From contig JANOQV010000268.1 in NCBI GenBank assembly GCA_031414955.1, positions 1-22,450 on the forward strand: DNA of 22,450 nt, read 5' to 3'. Numbering within the stretch: position 1 is the stretch's first letter; each line of letters starts with the position of its first letter. Origin of the DNA: Pedosphaera sp. Lineage in GTDB: Bacteria; Verrucomicrobiota; Verrucomicrobiia; Limisphaerales; SIBH01. The position numbers and the translations under genes were made by a program. Of this stretch, positions 5,869 to 16,132 are shown piece after piece. The notes beneath the pieces were generated by a model that saw only the letters and a list, made by a program, of their open reading frames with translations, was not told where the DNA came from and ran no database searches.

Positions 5869-8310
5869 ATGCGAGCCAGACTCTATTCGGCCATTTGCAG
5901 CCTGCTCGCGCTGGGAGTTTTCGTGCTGACTCCAGCCGGCGTGTGGTCGGCCCAGGTTGATTTGCTCAACTCGGTAAAGAATTCCACGACCGATTCCGCG
6001 CGACTCCGACTCATCATCGAGACCGACGCGGGCGGCGATCCGGATGACGAGCAGTCGCTCGTGCGTTTCTTGCTCTACGTCAACGAGTGGGATGTGGAGG
6101 GCATCATCGCCAATCGTGATCGCGCGCGGGACGGCGAGAATCGCAACTCGGAGCGCACCGGCCTTGGCATCGTGCGGGACCAGGTGCGGGCTTACGGCCA
6201 GTGCTGGACGAACCTGGTGCAACACGACTCGCGATACCCTAATCCCACAGAGCTGATGGCCCGGACTTTTGCCGGGCACAACGAGACGGATGCAGCGGTA
6301 AACTTCATTCTCACGGCGGTGGATCGGGAAGATGCGCGCCCGATCTGGTACGCGGACTGGGGCACTGACCGTGGCGCGGCCACCAACAACATGCGACGCG
6401 CGCTCGACCGGGTGTTGCGCGAGCGAGGTGAGAGCGGTTACGCGAAGTTCAAGAGCCGGTTGCGCATTCTTCAGCACGATCAATTCCCGGAGCACGTCGG
6501 GCGCGCGCCTGCTTTCAAGATTTGGGTGAACACGTTCCAACCACCGCTCGACGGCAAACGCTGGTATCATCGCTTCTCCGGCATCACCGCGAAGGCGGGC
6601 GGATTTGATCTGCGCCGCGATGTGCTCACCGGCCACGGACCACTCGGCGCTCTTTATCCGACCAACACCACGCACGGGCAGAAGGAAGGCGACTCGGGGA
6701 CGTTTCTCTACCTGGTGCCGACTGGCATGAACGATCCGAATGAGCCGACTTGGGGAAGCTGGGCCGGTCGTTACGGTGTCATGGAGGATGCCGTCGGCAA
6801 GCCGCACTACTGGGCGAATCTAACTGACGTCTGGAATGGAACGACCAACCGCGACAACACGCTGGCGCGATGGGCGGCGGATTTGCAGAACGACTTTCGG
6901 GCGCGGCTCGATTGGTGCGTGCGACCGTTCGCGCAGGCCAATCATCCGCCGCGTGTTTCGCTCAACGGGACTTCGGGCCAGAAACTTTTGCGGCTGCGCG
7001 CGCGGCCCGGTGCTGAACTGAATCTGGATGCTGCGGCGACGAGTGATCCCGATGGAAACCGACTGCGCTTCAACTGGTTCACCTATCCAGAAGCGGGCAC
7101 GTATCGCGGCTCTGCTCCGATTGCTGGCCCCAACACCGCCGTCGCCAAGCTCCGTGTCCCCGACGATGCCGGTGGCAAAACGCTGCATGTGGTCGTGGCG
7201 GTCACGGATGACGGAACGCCGGTGCTGACGCGTTATCGGCGGGCGGTGATCGAGGTCAGTGACCGCGCCTCGGCCTGGCGCGACATGGAGCCATACTCAC
7301 GACCACCGGCTCAGTTCGCTGGCAAGCTTGGAACATTTCGATCACCGCTGTTGTTCAACGATGGCTCCGTCGTGAAGAGCGCCGGTCAGTGGCCGCGCCG
7401 CCGGGCGGAGATTCTGCGCGAGTGGAACGAACTGATGGGGCCGTGGCCGAAACTCATCGAACAGCCGAAGATGGAAACCCTTTCGGAGTTGCGCCGGGAA
7501 CAATTCACGCAGCGCCGGGTGCGGATCGAGATTGCGCCCGGCCAGTCTGGCGAAGGCTGGCTGCTCGTGCCGGATGGTGCCGGGCCATTTCCCGCTGCAC
7601 TGGTCGTGTTCTACGAACCAGAAACGAGCGTGGGGCTGAAAGCGCCGGATGGCTTCCGCGACTACGCGTTGCAACTGACGCGGCGCGGACTCGTCACGCT
7701 CTCCATCGGCACGCCGGGTGGCAATGCATGGAAACCGGAGACGAGCGGGGCGGTTTGCCAGCCATTGTCGTTTCATGCCTACGTCGCCGCGAATTGCTGG
7801 TACGCGCTGGCGAACCTGCCCCAAGTGGATCGCGCGCGCATCGGCGTGGTGGGCCACAGCTATGGCGGGAAGTGGGCGCTTTTCGCGGGCGCGCTCTGGG
7901 ACAAGTTCGCGGCGGTGGCGGTGAGCGATCCGGGCATCGTGTTCGACGAGACGCGCAGCAATGTGAACTACTGGGAGCCTTGGTATCTGGGCCTTGACGC
8001 GGCGAACACGCGCAAGCCGGGAATTCCCTCCGCGACGAACCCGCGCACCGGCGCCTATGCCACGATGATGGAGCGCGGGCGGGACTTGTCTGAACTCCAC
8101 GCGCTCATCGCACCCAGGCCGTTCTTCGTTTCCGGCGGTGCGGAGGATCAGCCTGCGCGATGGCAGGCGTTGAACCACGCCGTGGCCGTGAACCATCTGC
8201 TCGGCTTCACCAACCGCGTGTTCATGACCAATCGGAAGGAGCATTCGCCCGACGCTGAAGCGAACGCGAAGCTCTGCTCCTTCTTCGAGCACTTCCTCCA
8301 AGCACCTTAA
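5869..8310 (+). CDS. Secreted fusion protein: DUF1593 nucleoside-hydrolase-like domain, Ig-like domain and alpha/beta hydrolase
   Basis: Signal peptide MRARLYSAICSLLALGVFV...; RLIIETDAGGDPDDEQSLVRFLLYVNEWDVEGII, KEGDS.TFL, WGSWAGRY, QNDFRARLDW, ANHPP, SDPDGN.L...WF.YPEAGTY; then a hydrolase with RIGVVGHSYGGK and HALIAPRPF. Confidence 0.87.
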   Translation: MRARLYSAICSLLALGVFVLTPAGVWSAQVDLLNSVKNSTTDSARLRLIIETDAGGDPDDEQSLVRFLLYVNEWDVEGIIANRDRARDGENRNSERTGLGIVRDQVRAYGQCWTNLVQHDSRYPNPTELMARTFAGHNETDAAVNFILTAVDREDARPIWYADWGTDRGAATNNMRRALDRVLRERGESGYAKFKSRLRILQHDQFPEHVGRAPAFKIWVNTFQPPLDGKRWYHRFSGITAKAGGFDLRRDVLTGHGPLGALYPTNTTHGQKEGDSGTFLYLVPTGMNDPNEPTWGSWAGRYGVMEDAVGKPHYWANLTDVWNGTTNRDNTLARWAADLQNDFRARLDWCVRPFAQANHPPRVSLNGTSGQKLLRLRARPGAELNLDAAATSDPDGNRLRFNWFTYPEAGTYRGSAPIAGPNTAVAKLRVPDDAGGKTLHVVVAVTDDGTPVLTRYRRAVIEVSDRASAWRDMEPYSRPPAQFAGKLGTFRSPLLFNDGSVVKSAGQWPRRRAEILREWNELMGPWPKLIEQPKMETLSELRREQFTQRRVRIEIAPGQSGEGWLLVPDGAGPFPAALVVFYEPETSVGLKAPDGFRDYALQLTRRGLVTLSIGTPGGNAWKPETSGAVCQPLSFHAYVAANCWYALANLPQVDRARIGVVGHSYGGKWALFAGALWDKFAAVAVSDPGIVFDETRSNVNYWEPWYLGLDAANTRKPGIPSATNPRTGAYATMMERGRDLSELHALIAPRPFFVSGGAEDQPARWQALNHAVAVNHLLGFTNRVFMTNRKEHSPDAEANAKLCSFFEHFLQAP

Positions 8311-8313
8311 GCG

Positions 8314-9288
8314 TCAGTGCTTCGAGTTCTTCATCTCCAGCACGCCGAGTTTGCCCAAGGCATCCTTGCAGTCGCCGTCGTTGAGCCAGCGTTTGGCCGC
8401 GGCATCATCGCGCAACCAGACGTCCCAGAAAGCGCTCGTGCTTTGCCGAATCATGTCGAGCAGGGCTGCGCTCTGCGAGGCGGACAGCTTGGTGCTGCGT
8501 CCGGCGAAGATCATGTGGTCGCCGCCCTCGAAGGTGATGAGCCATTGCGGGGCGTGCTGGATCGAGTCGAACGGCACGCGGCGCTCCGCCGCTTTCGTGT
8601 CGTTGAGCGGGCTTTCATCCGCCGTACCGGTCAGGTGCAGAATCGGGATCTTAACCGGGTCGTAGTTGCGTTCGGGCGCGCGTTTCGGCACCGGCGTGCT
8701 CATGGCAAGCGCGGCTTTCACCCGACTGTCGCCAAGATTTCTGCCCCCGGGACCAAAGCGCTGCCCGGCCATGGCCATCGTGGTGAAGGCTCCATAAGAG
8801 TGGCCGCCCACGCCGATGTGCTCCGGGTCGAGCCGTCCTTTGAGCGGTCCCGCTCCCGAATTGATCTTCGTGAGTTGATCGATGGCAAAGGTGACATCCA
8901 ACGGGCGGTTCAAGGAGTTCTGCACATTCATGGTTGCGGCACGCATTGATTCGACCGCGCGGGCCGAACCGCGCCAGGTCGCATCGTCGCTGCCGTGATG
9001 CTGCAAGTGAACCAAGACGTAACCGTGACTGGCCCAGTGTCGGCCGAGATATTCGTAGGTATCGCACGTACCGCCCAGGCCGTGCGAAAAAACGATGACG
9101 GGGCAGGGGTTCGTGCCGCTCCTGGGGAAATAGAACTTGGCCGGCACTGCGCGATCCCTCGTGGCGTCGTGCCACTCCAGCTTGAGCGTTTCAACCGTGA
9201 ACGGGCCGGGTTGGCTCTTGTAAGTCGTGGCTGCGTTCGCGCCGTTCACCAGCACCAGCACGCCCATGAACCAAGGACTCAACTTCAT
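8314..9288 (-). CDS. Secreted alpha/beta hydrolase (PAF-acetylhydrolase / dienelactone hydrolase-like)
   Basis: Signal peptide; PVIVFSHGLGG, HWASHGY, RPLDVTFAID, GHSYGA nucleophile elbow, TGTAD, GGDH. Confidence 0.9.
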   Translation of the reverse strand: MKLSPWFMGVLVLVNGANAATTYKSQPGPFTVETLKLEWHDATRDRAVPAKFYFPRSGTNPCPVIVFSHGLGGTCDTYEYLGRHWASHGYVLVHLQHHGSDDATWRGSARAVESMRAATMNVQNSLNRPLDVTFAIDQLTKINSGAGPLKGRLDPEHIGVGGHSYGAFTTMAMAGQRFGPGGRNLGDSRVKAALAMSTPVPKRAPERNYDPVKIPILHLTGTADESPLNDTKAAERRVPFDSIQHAPQWLITFEGGDHMIFAGRSTKLSASQSAALLDMIRQSTSAFWDVWLRDDAAAKRWLNDGDCKDALGKLGVLEMKNSKH

Positions 9289-9355
9289 GCCGATGATGAC
9301 GTGACTGACCGGTCGATACGTTACAGGCCGCAGCGTCTATCTGAGCGGCGAATCC

Positions 9356-11290
9356 TCAGGCCACTTTCACCTTGAGGCGGTTCCCCTTGATGCTGGTGCG
9401 GTTGAGCTTGGCGATGATGGCTCGGGCGTGATCGGAGGCGACGTCCACGAACAGATGCCGCTCGCGGATGTCCACGGTGCCGACGGTGGGGCCTGGTAAT
9501 CCGGTCTCGCCGAGAATGGCCCCGACGACATCACGGGCCGCGACGCCCATCTCTTCGCCGACGTTCATAAACAGCTTGGTCTGGTTGACCGGCGTGCGGC
9601 GGTTCGGTTTATCGGCTCCGGCTGGCGCGCCCCGTTCTTCGAGACGATCCTCACGTTGCGCAGGGCGGCGGGGCGGGGCGAAGGGAAACTTCTTCGCCGG
9701 AGCGAAGGACGGGCGCGGGGCTTCTGATGTGGGCGTGGCCTCAGCAGATGTCTCCATCGGCGCGCTCGCGGGAGCAGGTGCCACCCGTGCGGGCGCAACC
9801 CGCGCCTGCTTCACGAAAGATTTCTCGCGCGGGAAATCCTCGCGCCGGTCGGCGAAGCGCGGCGGACGTTCGCGGGAGTCATCACGGAAACGACCTTGCG
9901 GCGCCCGGCGATCATCGAAGCGTTCCTCGCGTCCACCCCGGAAGGGCGGGCGATCAAATTTCGGCTCTTCCCGTTCTGTGGCCGGCGGCGCGACGGGCTG
10001 CTGCTCCTTCTGCAACTGATGAATCAGGGCCGATGCGATGTCGGTGGAAGTGAACCCCTCTTCGAGCAGGCGCTCGACCACATGATCCTGTTTCTCAAAC
10101 TCGCCGCTCTGCAACGTCGCGCGCAGCTTGGCGAGGAACACATTGGTCCGTGCTTCCTGCACTTCGTCGGCGCTCGGCACCTTGGCGCGCTGGACGCGCG
10201 TTTTGGTGAAGCGCTCGATCTGCTGGATTTGAAACAGCTCGCGCCCGGCCACAAACGAGATTGCGCGCCCGCTGCGCCCAGCACGACCCGTGCGTCCGAT
10301 GCGATGCACGTAGTCCTCCGGGTCGTAGGGCAGGTCGTAGTTGAACACCACCTGCACGTCGTCCACGTCGATGCCACGCGCGGCCACATCGGTGGCCACG
10401 AGGAATTCCAGGCCCGACTTGCGGAACTTGCCCATCACGCGGTCGCGCATGTTCTGGCTCATGTCGCCGTGGAGGCGGTCCGCGGAATAACCCTGCGCAT
10501 TCAGATGATCGACCAGGTCATCGACCATGCGCTTGGTGTTGCAGAAAATAATTCCCAACTTGTAGTCGTGAATGTCGATGAGCCTCGTGAGTAGCTCGAT
10601 TTTGAAACGCCGGTCCACCTCATAAAACACCTGCTCAACCGTGGGCACGGTCATGGCCTTCTGCTCGATGCGGATTTGCTGCGGGTCGCGGGTGTACTTC
10701 TTGATCAGGTCCTGGATGGGGCGGGGGATGGTCGCGGAGAAGACGACCGTCTGCCGTTCCTTGGGCGTTGTCTGGAGAATGAACTCGATGTCCTCGCGGA
10801 AACCCATGTTCAACATCACGTCCACCTCATCGAGGATGACCATCTTGAGCGCGTCGAGCCGGATGGTGCCGCGGCGCATGTGGTCCATGACGCGTCCGGG
10901 CGTGCCGATGACGATCTGCGCGCCCTGTTTCAAGCCATAGAACTGGCGCTCGTACGATTGCCCGCCGTAAATTGGCAACGCATGGATACCGCGTTTGAAC
11001 AGCGCCAGCTTGTGGACTTCCTCGGAGACCTGCACGGCCAGTTCTCGCGTCGGGCAAAGGATGAGCACCTGCACCGCGCGCAGTTGCGGATCGGTTTTCT
11101 CGATGGCCGGGATGGCGAAGGCCGCGGTCTTGCCCGAGCCGGTCTGCGATTGTCCGACCACATCTTTGCCCGACATCAGGACGGGGATGGACTCGGCTTG
11201 AATCGGCGCCGCCTTTTCAAAGCCCAGTTTGTCGATGGCCTTCAACACTTCGGCAGAAAGGCCCAGTTCAGAGAATAATTTTTGTGTCAT
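9356..11290 (-). CDS. deaD: DEAD-box RNA helicase DeaD/CsdA-type with C-terminal DbpA RNA-binding domain
   Basis: Q motif, SQTGSGKT, PTRELA, TPGR, DEVD, SAT, ARGID, HRIGRTGRAG, and C-terminal LFMNVGEEMG...VGAI domain. Start placed at ATG 11290. Confidence 0.92.
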   Translation of the reverse strand: MTQKLFSELGLSAEVLKAIDKLGFEKAAPIQAESIPVLMSGKDVVGQSQTGSGKTAAFAIPAIEKTDPQLRAVQVLILCPTRELAVQVSEEVHKLALFKRGIHALPIYGGQSYERQFYGLKQGAQIVIGTPGRVMDHMRRGTIRLDALKMVILDEVDVMLNMGFREDIEFILQTTPKERQTVVFSATIPRPIQDLIKKYTRDPQQIRIEQKAMTVPTVEQVFYEVDRRFKIELLTRLIDIHDYKLGIIFCNTKRMVDDLVDHLNAQGYSADRLHGDMSQNMRDRVMGKFRKSGLEFLVATDVAARGIDVDDVQVVFNYDLPYDPEDYVHRIGRTGRAGRSGRAISFVAGRELFQIQQIERFTKTRVQRAKVPSADEVQEARTNVFLAKLRATLQSGEFEKQDHVVERLLEEGFTSTDIASALIHQLQKEQQPVAPPATEREEPKFDRPPFRGGREERFDDRRAPQGRFRDDSRERPPRFADRREDFPREKSFVKQARVAPARVAPAPASAPMETSAEATPTSEAPRPSFAPAKKFPFAPPRRPAQREDRLEERGAPAGADKPNRRTPVNQTKLFMNVGEEMGVAARDVVGAILGETGLPGPTVGTVDIRERHLFVDVASDHARAIIAKLNRTSIKGNRLKVKVA

Positions 11291-11476
11291 GCGCGCCGGA
11301 ATCCCCGGCAAGTCGGACAGCATAGCCGAGTGGCGGCAGGGACGAAGCTATTTCTCCGCACGGAACTTGGCCGGCGTTGACTGGGAAGAAGACACACGGC
11401 TCACCCGTCGCGCCGTGGAACTCATGATGCTTGCTCGTTGCGCCTCCGGCGTTTCAAGCGCGTGGGCGCAAGCTCG

Positions 11477-11504
11477 TTGACAGGCCGGGTGTCGCCGATA
11501 TGCT
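11477..11504 (+). promoter_or_regulatory. Putative sigma70 promoter of the pil operon
   Basis: TTGACA-N16-TATGCT, 43 nt upstream of GTG 11548. Confidence 0.65.
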
Positions 11505-11547
11505 TTCGCCACAATTTTTCCAGCAGACGGACGAAAAGAAACAAGAC

Positions 11548-13254
11548 GTGGCCGCCAAAGACGATTACTTGATCGATACGTTGATCGACCTCGGATATGT
11601 GACGCATGAGCAAGTGGCGTCCGTCCAGCCCGACGCGGAATCGAGCGGAGAAGGAGTGATCGACTTGCTGGTCACGCGGAAGATCATCCCTGCTTCCGCC
11701 GTCACCCAGGCCAAGGCCAGTTACTTTCATGCCGAGGTGGTTCATCTGGCCGACATGCGCATCGAGGATGATGTGATCGCCGCCATTCCACGCCATGTCG
11801 CGAAGCGTTACCGCGTGGTTCCCGTTCACCGGCACGACAACACCATCGGCGTGGCGTTGAGCGATCCTTCCGACCTCGACACGATTGATTCGCTGCATCA
11901 TCTGCTTCATCTCGACATCGAGGCGAAGGTCGCCTCGGATGAAGATTTGGACGCGGCGCTGAACAAGTATTACGGCGCGGCTGATGACTCGGTGGGCAAG
12001 ATGATCCAGGACATCACCGAGGGAGATGTCGATCTCGGGGTGGCGGCAGGCAAACTCGAGGAGGACGGAGGGACGGTGGATGCGGACGCGCCCATCATCA
12101 AGCTGGTCAACTCAATCATTGTGGAGGCGTTCAAAGGGCGGGCCTCGGACATTCATCTGGAGCCGCTGGCGAAAACTTTCCGGGTTCGTTACCGGATCGA
12201 CGGCGTGCTGCACGAGCAGAAGAGTCCGCCCAAGCGGTTGCAGGCTTCGATCATCGCGCGGCTGAAGATTCAGTCGAACATGTCCATCGCCGAGCACCGC
12301 ATTCCGCAGGACGGGCGCATCCAGACTTCCATCGGCGGCAAGCTGATTGATCTGCGCGTATCGTGCATTCCTTCGAATCACGGCGAGAGCATCGTGATGC
12401 GTATCCTCGACAAGGAGGGGTTGAAACTCGGGTTGCCGCAGTTGGGATTCTTCACGGACGATCAGCAGACCTTTGAGCGGCTGATTGGTTTGCCGGACGG
12501 AATTCTGCTCGTGACCGGGCCAACTGGATCGGGCAAGACGACGACCCTCTACTCGGTTTTGAATTTCATCAACCGCCCTGACCGCAAGATTATCACGGTC
12601 GAGGACCCGGTTGAGTACGTGATGTCCGGCATCAACCAGGTGCATGTGAACGAAACGGTGGGGCTGACCTTCGCGCTGGCCTTGCGCTCGATGCTCCGCC
12701 AGGCGCCGAACGTGATCATGCTGGGGGAAATTCGCGATCTGGAAACGGCGACCATCGCCATCAATGCCTCGCTCACCGGGCACTTGGTTTTCTCCACGCT
12801 CCACACCAATGACGCGCCGGGCGCGGTGACGCGCTTGATCGACATCGGAGTGAAGCCATTCCTCGTCGCCTCCTCGACCCGGGCGCTGATCGCGCAGCGG
12901 TTGGTGCGGAAGATTTGCAAGAAATGCGGGGCGCCGCACACGCCGACCGAGGCGGAGTTGCGGGCCTTGAACATCGACGCGGATCAGGCGGCGGGCGCAA
13001 ATTTCATGAAGGGCAAGGGGTGCAACGATTGCTCGAAGACGGGCAATCGCGGACGCTTTGGAGTCTTCGAGATGTTCGTCATCGATGATGAGGCGCGGAA
13101 GCTCATCTATGATAAGGTGCCGTCCTCGGTGCTGCGAGTGCGGGCCCGCGAGATGGGCATGCGCACGTTGCGGGAGGATGGTGCCCGCAAGGTTTTGGCC
13201 GGCATGACCACGGCCGAGGAAGTGATCCGGGCCACGGTGGGCGACACGGAATGA
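11548..13254 (+). CDS. pilB: Type IV pilus / T2SS assembly ATPase (PilB/GspE family), paralog 1
   Basis: N-terminal GSPII_N/MshEN-like region, [63 protein letters not shown]...CNDC. Start placed at GTG 11548. Confidence 0.93.
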   Translation: MAAKDDYLIDTLIDLGYVTHEQVASVQPDAESSGEGVIDLLVTRKIIPASAVTQAKASYFHAEVVHLADMRIEDDVIAAIPRHVAKRYRVVPVHRHDNTIGVALSDPSDLDTIDSLHHLLHLDIEAKVASDEDLDAALNKYYGAADDSVGKMIQDITEGDVDLGVAAGKLEEDGGTVDADAPIIKLVNSIIVEAFKGRASDIHLEPLAKTFRVRYRIDGVLHEQKSPPKRLQASIIARLKIQSNMSIAEHRIPQDGRIQTSIGGKLIDLRVSCIPSNHGESIVMRILDKEGLKLGLPQLGFFTDDQQTFERLIGLPDGILLVTGPTGSGKTTTLYSVLNFINRPDRKIITVEDPVEYVMSGINQVHVNETVGLTFALALRSMLRQAPNVIMLGEIRDLETATIAINASLTGHLVFSTLHTNDAPGAVTRLIDIGVKPFLVASSTRALIAQRLVRKICKKCGAPHTPTEAELRALNIDADQAAGANFMKGKGCNDCSKTGNRGRFGVFEMFVIDDEARKLIYDKVPSSVLRVRAREMGMRTLREDGARKVLAGMTTAEEVIRATVGDTE

Positions 13255-13326
13255 GATGAACATTTGCTCACCATTGAATCGCTCGTCTGGCCCTTGTCCG
13301 TGATGTAGCCTTTTGCCGAAGCCAAT

Positions 13327-14439
13327 ATGTCTTACTCGATGTCCGATTTGTTGCAGTTGGTCGTGTCCGAGGGCGCGGCCGATTTGCACTTGCGCGCGCA
13401 TGTCCCGCCGGTGATTCGTCTGCACGGAGTGCTGCACCGAGTGGAAGGTCCGCAGCTCAAACCTGAGGACACGGAGGAGTTGATGCGCAGCATTACCTCT
13501 GAAGATCACATCCAGCAGTGTCGCGAGCGCGGGGGCGCGGATTTCGGATTTGCCTTTGGTGAACTGGCCCGGTTTCGCGTCAGCGTGTTCAAGGAGCGGG
13601 GAAATTTCGGCATGGTGCTGCGCCAGATCCCGACGCGATTGTTGACTCTCGAACAGATCGGCTTGCCCCGGGAAACCATCATGCGGCTGCTCTACAAGCC
13701 GCGCGGTCTGGTGCTCGTGACCGGGCCGACCGGCTCGGGCAAGACCACGACGCTGGCTTCGATGATCAACATCATCAATGAGGACCGCGACGACGCCCAC
13801 ATCATCACCATCGAGGATCCCATCGAGTATTATCACAAGCACAAGAAGGGTGTGGTCACCCAGCGCGAAGTGAACGTCGATGTGCCGAATTTCGCCGAGG
13901 CACTGCGGCGTGCGTTGCGTCAGGATCCGGACGTGATTCTAGTCGGTGAGTTGCGCGACTTGGAAACGATGGAGGCGGCCATCACAGCGGCGGAGACGGG
14001 TCACTTGGTCTTCGGCACGCTCCACACCACGGGCGCGGCCAAGACGATTGATCGTATCGTGAACGCTTTCCCCGCGAACCAGCAGGAGACCATTCGCATC
14101 CAGCTCTCGACTGTGTTGCAGGCGGTCGTCTCGCAGTTGCTGCTGCCGCGCTCGGACAAGCCCGGCCGGGTGGCGGCCTATGAGATCATGATCAACACAC
14201 CTTCCATCGCGGCGCTGATTCGCGATAACAAGACCTACCGCATCAACTCAGACATCCAGACGGGCGCGAAGTGGGGCATGGTGACGCTCGACGGCTTTCT
14301 GATGGAAAAGTATCAAGCCGGAGTCATCTCGCGCGAGGAAGTGGTCAACAAATCACAAGACCCGGTCACGGTGCAGGCCAAGTTGCAGGAGTGGGAAATG
14401 GCCCAGGCTGTCGCGGCTGCCTCCCAGCAGCGCAAGTAA
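13327..14439 (+). CDS. pilT: Type IV pilus retraction ATPase
   Basis: [72 protein letters not shown]-like [14 protein letters not shown]. Confidence 0.95.
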   Translation: MSYSMSDLLQLVVSEGAADLHLRAHVPPVIRLHGVLHRVEGPQLKPEDTEELMRSITSEDHIQQCRERGGADFGFAFGELARFRVSVFKERGNFGMVLRQIPTRLLTLEQIGLPRETIMRLLYKPRGLVLVTGPTGSGKTTTLASMINIINEDRDDAHIITIEDPIEYYHKHKKGVVTQREVNVDVPNFAEALRRALRQDPDVILVGELRDLETMEAAITAAETGHLVFGTLHTTGAAKTIDRIVNAFPANQQETIRIQLSTVLQAVVSQLLLPRSDKPGRVAAYEIMINTPSIAALIRDNKTYRINSDIQTGAKWGMVTLDGFLMEKYQAGVISREEVVNKSQDPVTVQAKLQEWEMAQAVAAASQQRK

Positions 14440-14445
14440 CAGGAT

Positions 14446-16128
14446 ATGGCCGACTACGTTTCCAATCCGTTGTTGTCGCTCATCAAAGAGCAGGGACTCA
14501 TTGACGACCTGCAACTTGAGGAGGTGTTGCAAGAGCAGGGGCGGAGCGGCAAGACGATCAGCCAGGTGTTGCACGACTCAGGCATCGTCGAGATCGAGAC
14601 GCAGCTCCAAATTCTCGCCACGCACCTGGGCACCGAAGTGGTGGACGTGGCGGATCGCGAACTGCCGGCGGAACTGGTGCGGCTGATCCCCGCGACCACG
14701 GCGCGAATGTACCAGTGCCTGCCCATCGCTGACTACGGCGCGGTGCTGCAAGTGGTGCTGGCCGATCCGCTCAGCCCGGCGGTGTTGGATGAATTGGGCT
14801 TCGTGGTGCGCAAGGAAGTGCAGGTGCTGGTGGCTGACCCGACGCAGATCGAGAAGCAGATCAACAAATACTACCCGGAGGACGCGGTCGATTTTGGCGA
14901 GGCGCTGAAGGAATTGCAGGAGGAGGAGCTCGGCGCGGAAGCCGCCGGTGCCGAGGGGGCGGAACTGGCCAACGAGGCCCCGATCGTCCGCTTCGTAAAC
15001 CTGATCGTCTTCCAGGCGGTGCAGGATCGGGCGAGTGACATCCACTTCGAGCCTTTTGAAGATGAGTTCAAGATTCGATACCGCGTGGACGGCGCTCTCT
15101 ACGAGATGACGCCGCCGCCCAAGCATCTGGCCTTGCCGGTGATTTCGCGCATCAAGGTCATGGCGAACCTGAACATCTCGGAGCGACGGCTGCCGCAGGA
15201 CGGGCGCATTAGTTTCCCCATCGCTGGGCGCAAGATCGATTTGCGCGTCTCCACTCTGCCCACGCAGTTTGGAGAATCGGTGGTCTTGCGCGTGCTGGAT
15301 CGATCGGCGGTGAACCTCGACCTCGAGGCCCTGAACCTGCCGAAGTACCTGTCCGATTACATCAACGAGGCGATTCTTCAGCCCAACGGAATCTTTATTG
15401 TCACCGGCCCGACTGGCTCCGGCAAAACGACGACGCTTTACTCCTGCCTGCGCAAGGTGAACGCCATCGACTCCAAGTTGCTCACGGCTGAGGATCCGGT
15501 CGAGTACGACATCGAGGGCATCATGCAGGTCGCGATCAACGATGCGGTCGGGATGACTTTCGGCAAGGCGTTGCGCGCCTTCCTCCGTCAGGATCCGGAC
15601 ATCATCATGGTTGGGGAAATGCGCGATTTGGAGACTTCGCAGATCGCCGTGCAGGCTTCGCTGACCGGGCATCTGGTGCTGAGCACATTGCACACAAACG
15701 ACGCGCCTGGCGCAGTGACACGTTTGATCGACATGGGCGTGGAGCCATTCCTGATTTCATCGACCCTCATGGCGGTGCTGGCCCAGCGCCTGGTCCGCAC
15801 CGTGTGCAAGAAATGCCGCACGCCCTTCGAACCGACCGAGAACCAGTTGTCATTGCTCAACCTTTCTCCGCATGACATCGGCGACAAGGTTTTCTACTAC
15901 GGACGCGGGTGCAGCAATTGCAACGATACCGGCTACAAAGGCCGTCGCGGCATCTTCGAACTGCTCGTGGTCACGGATGCGATCCGCAATCTGATCAACG
16001 AACGCGCGCCGTCCGTCGTGGTCCGGCAGAAGGCGGTGGAGTTGGGAATGGTGACGTTGCGCGAAGACGGCCTGCGTGGCATCTTCGACGGCGACACCAC
16101 CATTGAGGAAGTCGTCAAATATACCTGA
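14446..16128 (+). CDS. pilB: Type IV pilus / T2SS assembly ATPase (PilB/GspE family), paralog 2
   Basis: [61 protein letters not shown]...CSNC. Confidence 0.94.
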   Translation: MADYVSNPLLSLIKEQGLIDDLQLEEVLQEQGRSGKTISQVLHDSGIVEIETQLQILATHLGTEVVDVADRELPAELVRLIPATTARMYQCLPIADYGAVLQVVLADPLSPAVLDELGFVVRKEVQVLVADPTQIEKQINKYYPEDAVDFGEALKELQEEELGAEAAGAEGAELANEAPIVRFVNLIVFQAVQDRASDIHFEPFEDEFKIRYRVDGALYEMTPPPKHLALPVISRIKVMANLNISERRLPQDGRISFPIAGRKIDLRVSTLPTQFGESVVLRVLDRSAVNLDLEALNLPKYLSDYINEAILQPNGIFIVTGPTGSGKTTTLYSCLRKVNAIDSKLLTAEDPVEYDIEGIMQVAINDAVGMTFGKALRAFLRQDPDIIMVGEMRDLETSQIAVQASLTGHLVLSTLHTNDAPGAVTRLIDMGVEPFLISSTLMAVLAQRLVRTVCKKCRTPFEPTENQLSLLNLSPHDIGDKVFYYGRGCSNCNDTGYKGRRGIFELLVVTDAIRNLINERAPSVVVRQKAVELGMVTLREDGLRGIFDGDTTIEEVVKYT

Positions 16129-16132
16129 GCTT

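Noticed and set aside
5206..6807. 533-aa minus-strand ORF
   Set aside because: Antisense shadow of the cupin and DUF1593 genes in GC-rich DNA; no recognisable motifs.
11325..11476. Riboswitch in the deaD/pilB divergent gap
   Set aside because: No recognisable aptamer consensus, and the region lies upstream of both putative -10 elements.
11431..11547. N-terminal extension of pilB1 given by the ORF track
   Set aside because: It overlaps a good TTGACA/TATGCT promoter; GTG 11548 is the more plausible start. Similar over-extensions were trimmed for ispA, ccsA, cupin, DUF1593, deaD, pilC and the 19608 pilin.
11548..11720. c-di-GMP-binding MshEN motif in the PilB N-termini
   Set aside because: The helical pattern is similar, but the RLGxxL...Q signature residues are missing in both paralogs.
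12112..15693. Long minus-strand ORFs (576 aa and 371 aa) opposite pilB/pilT
   Set aside because: Antisense shadows caused by codon bias of well-supported plus-strand genes.
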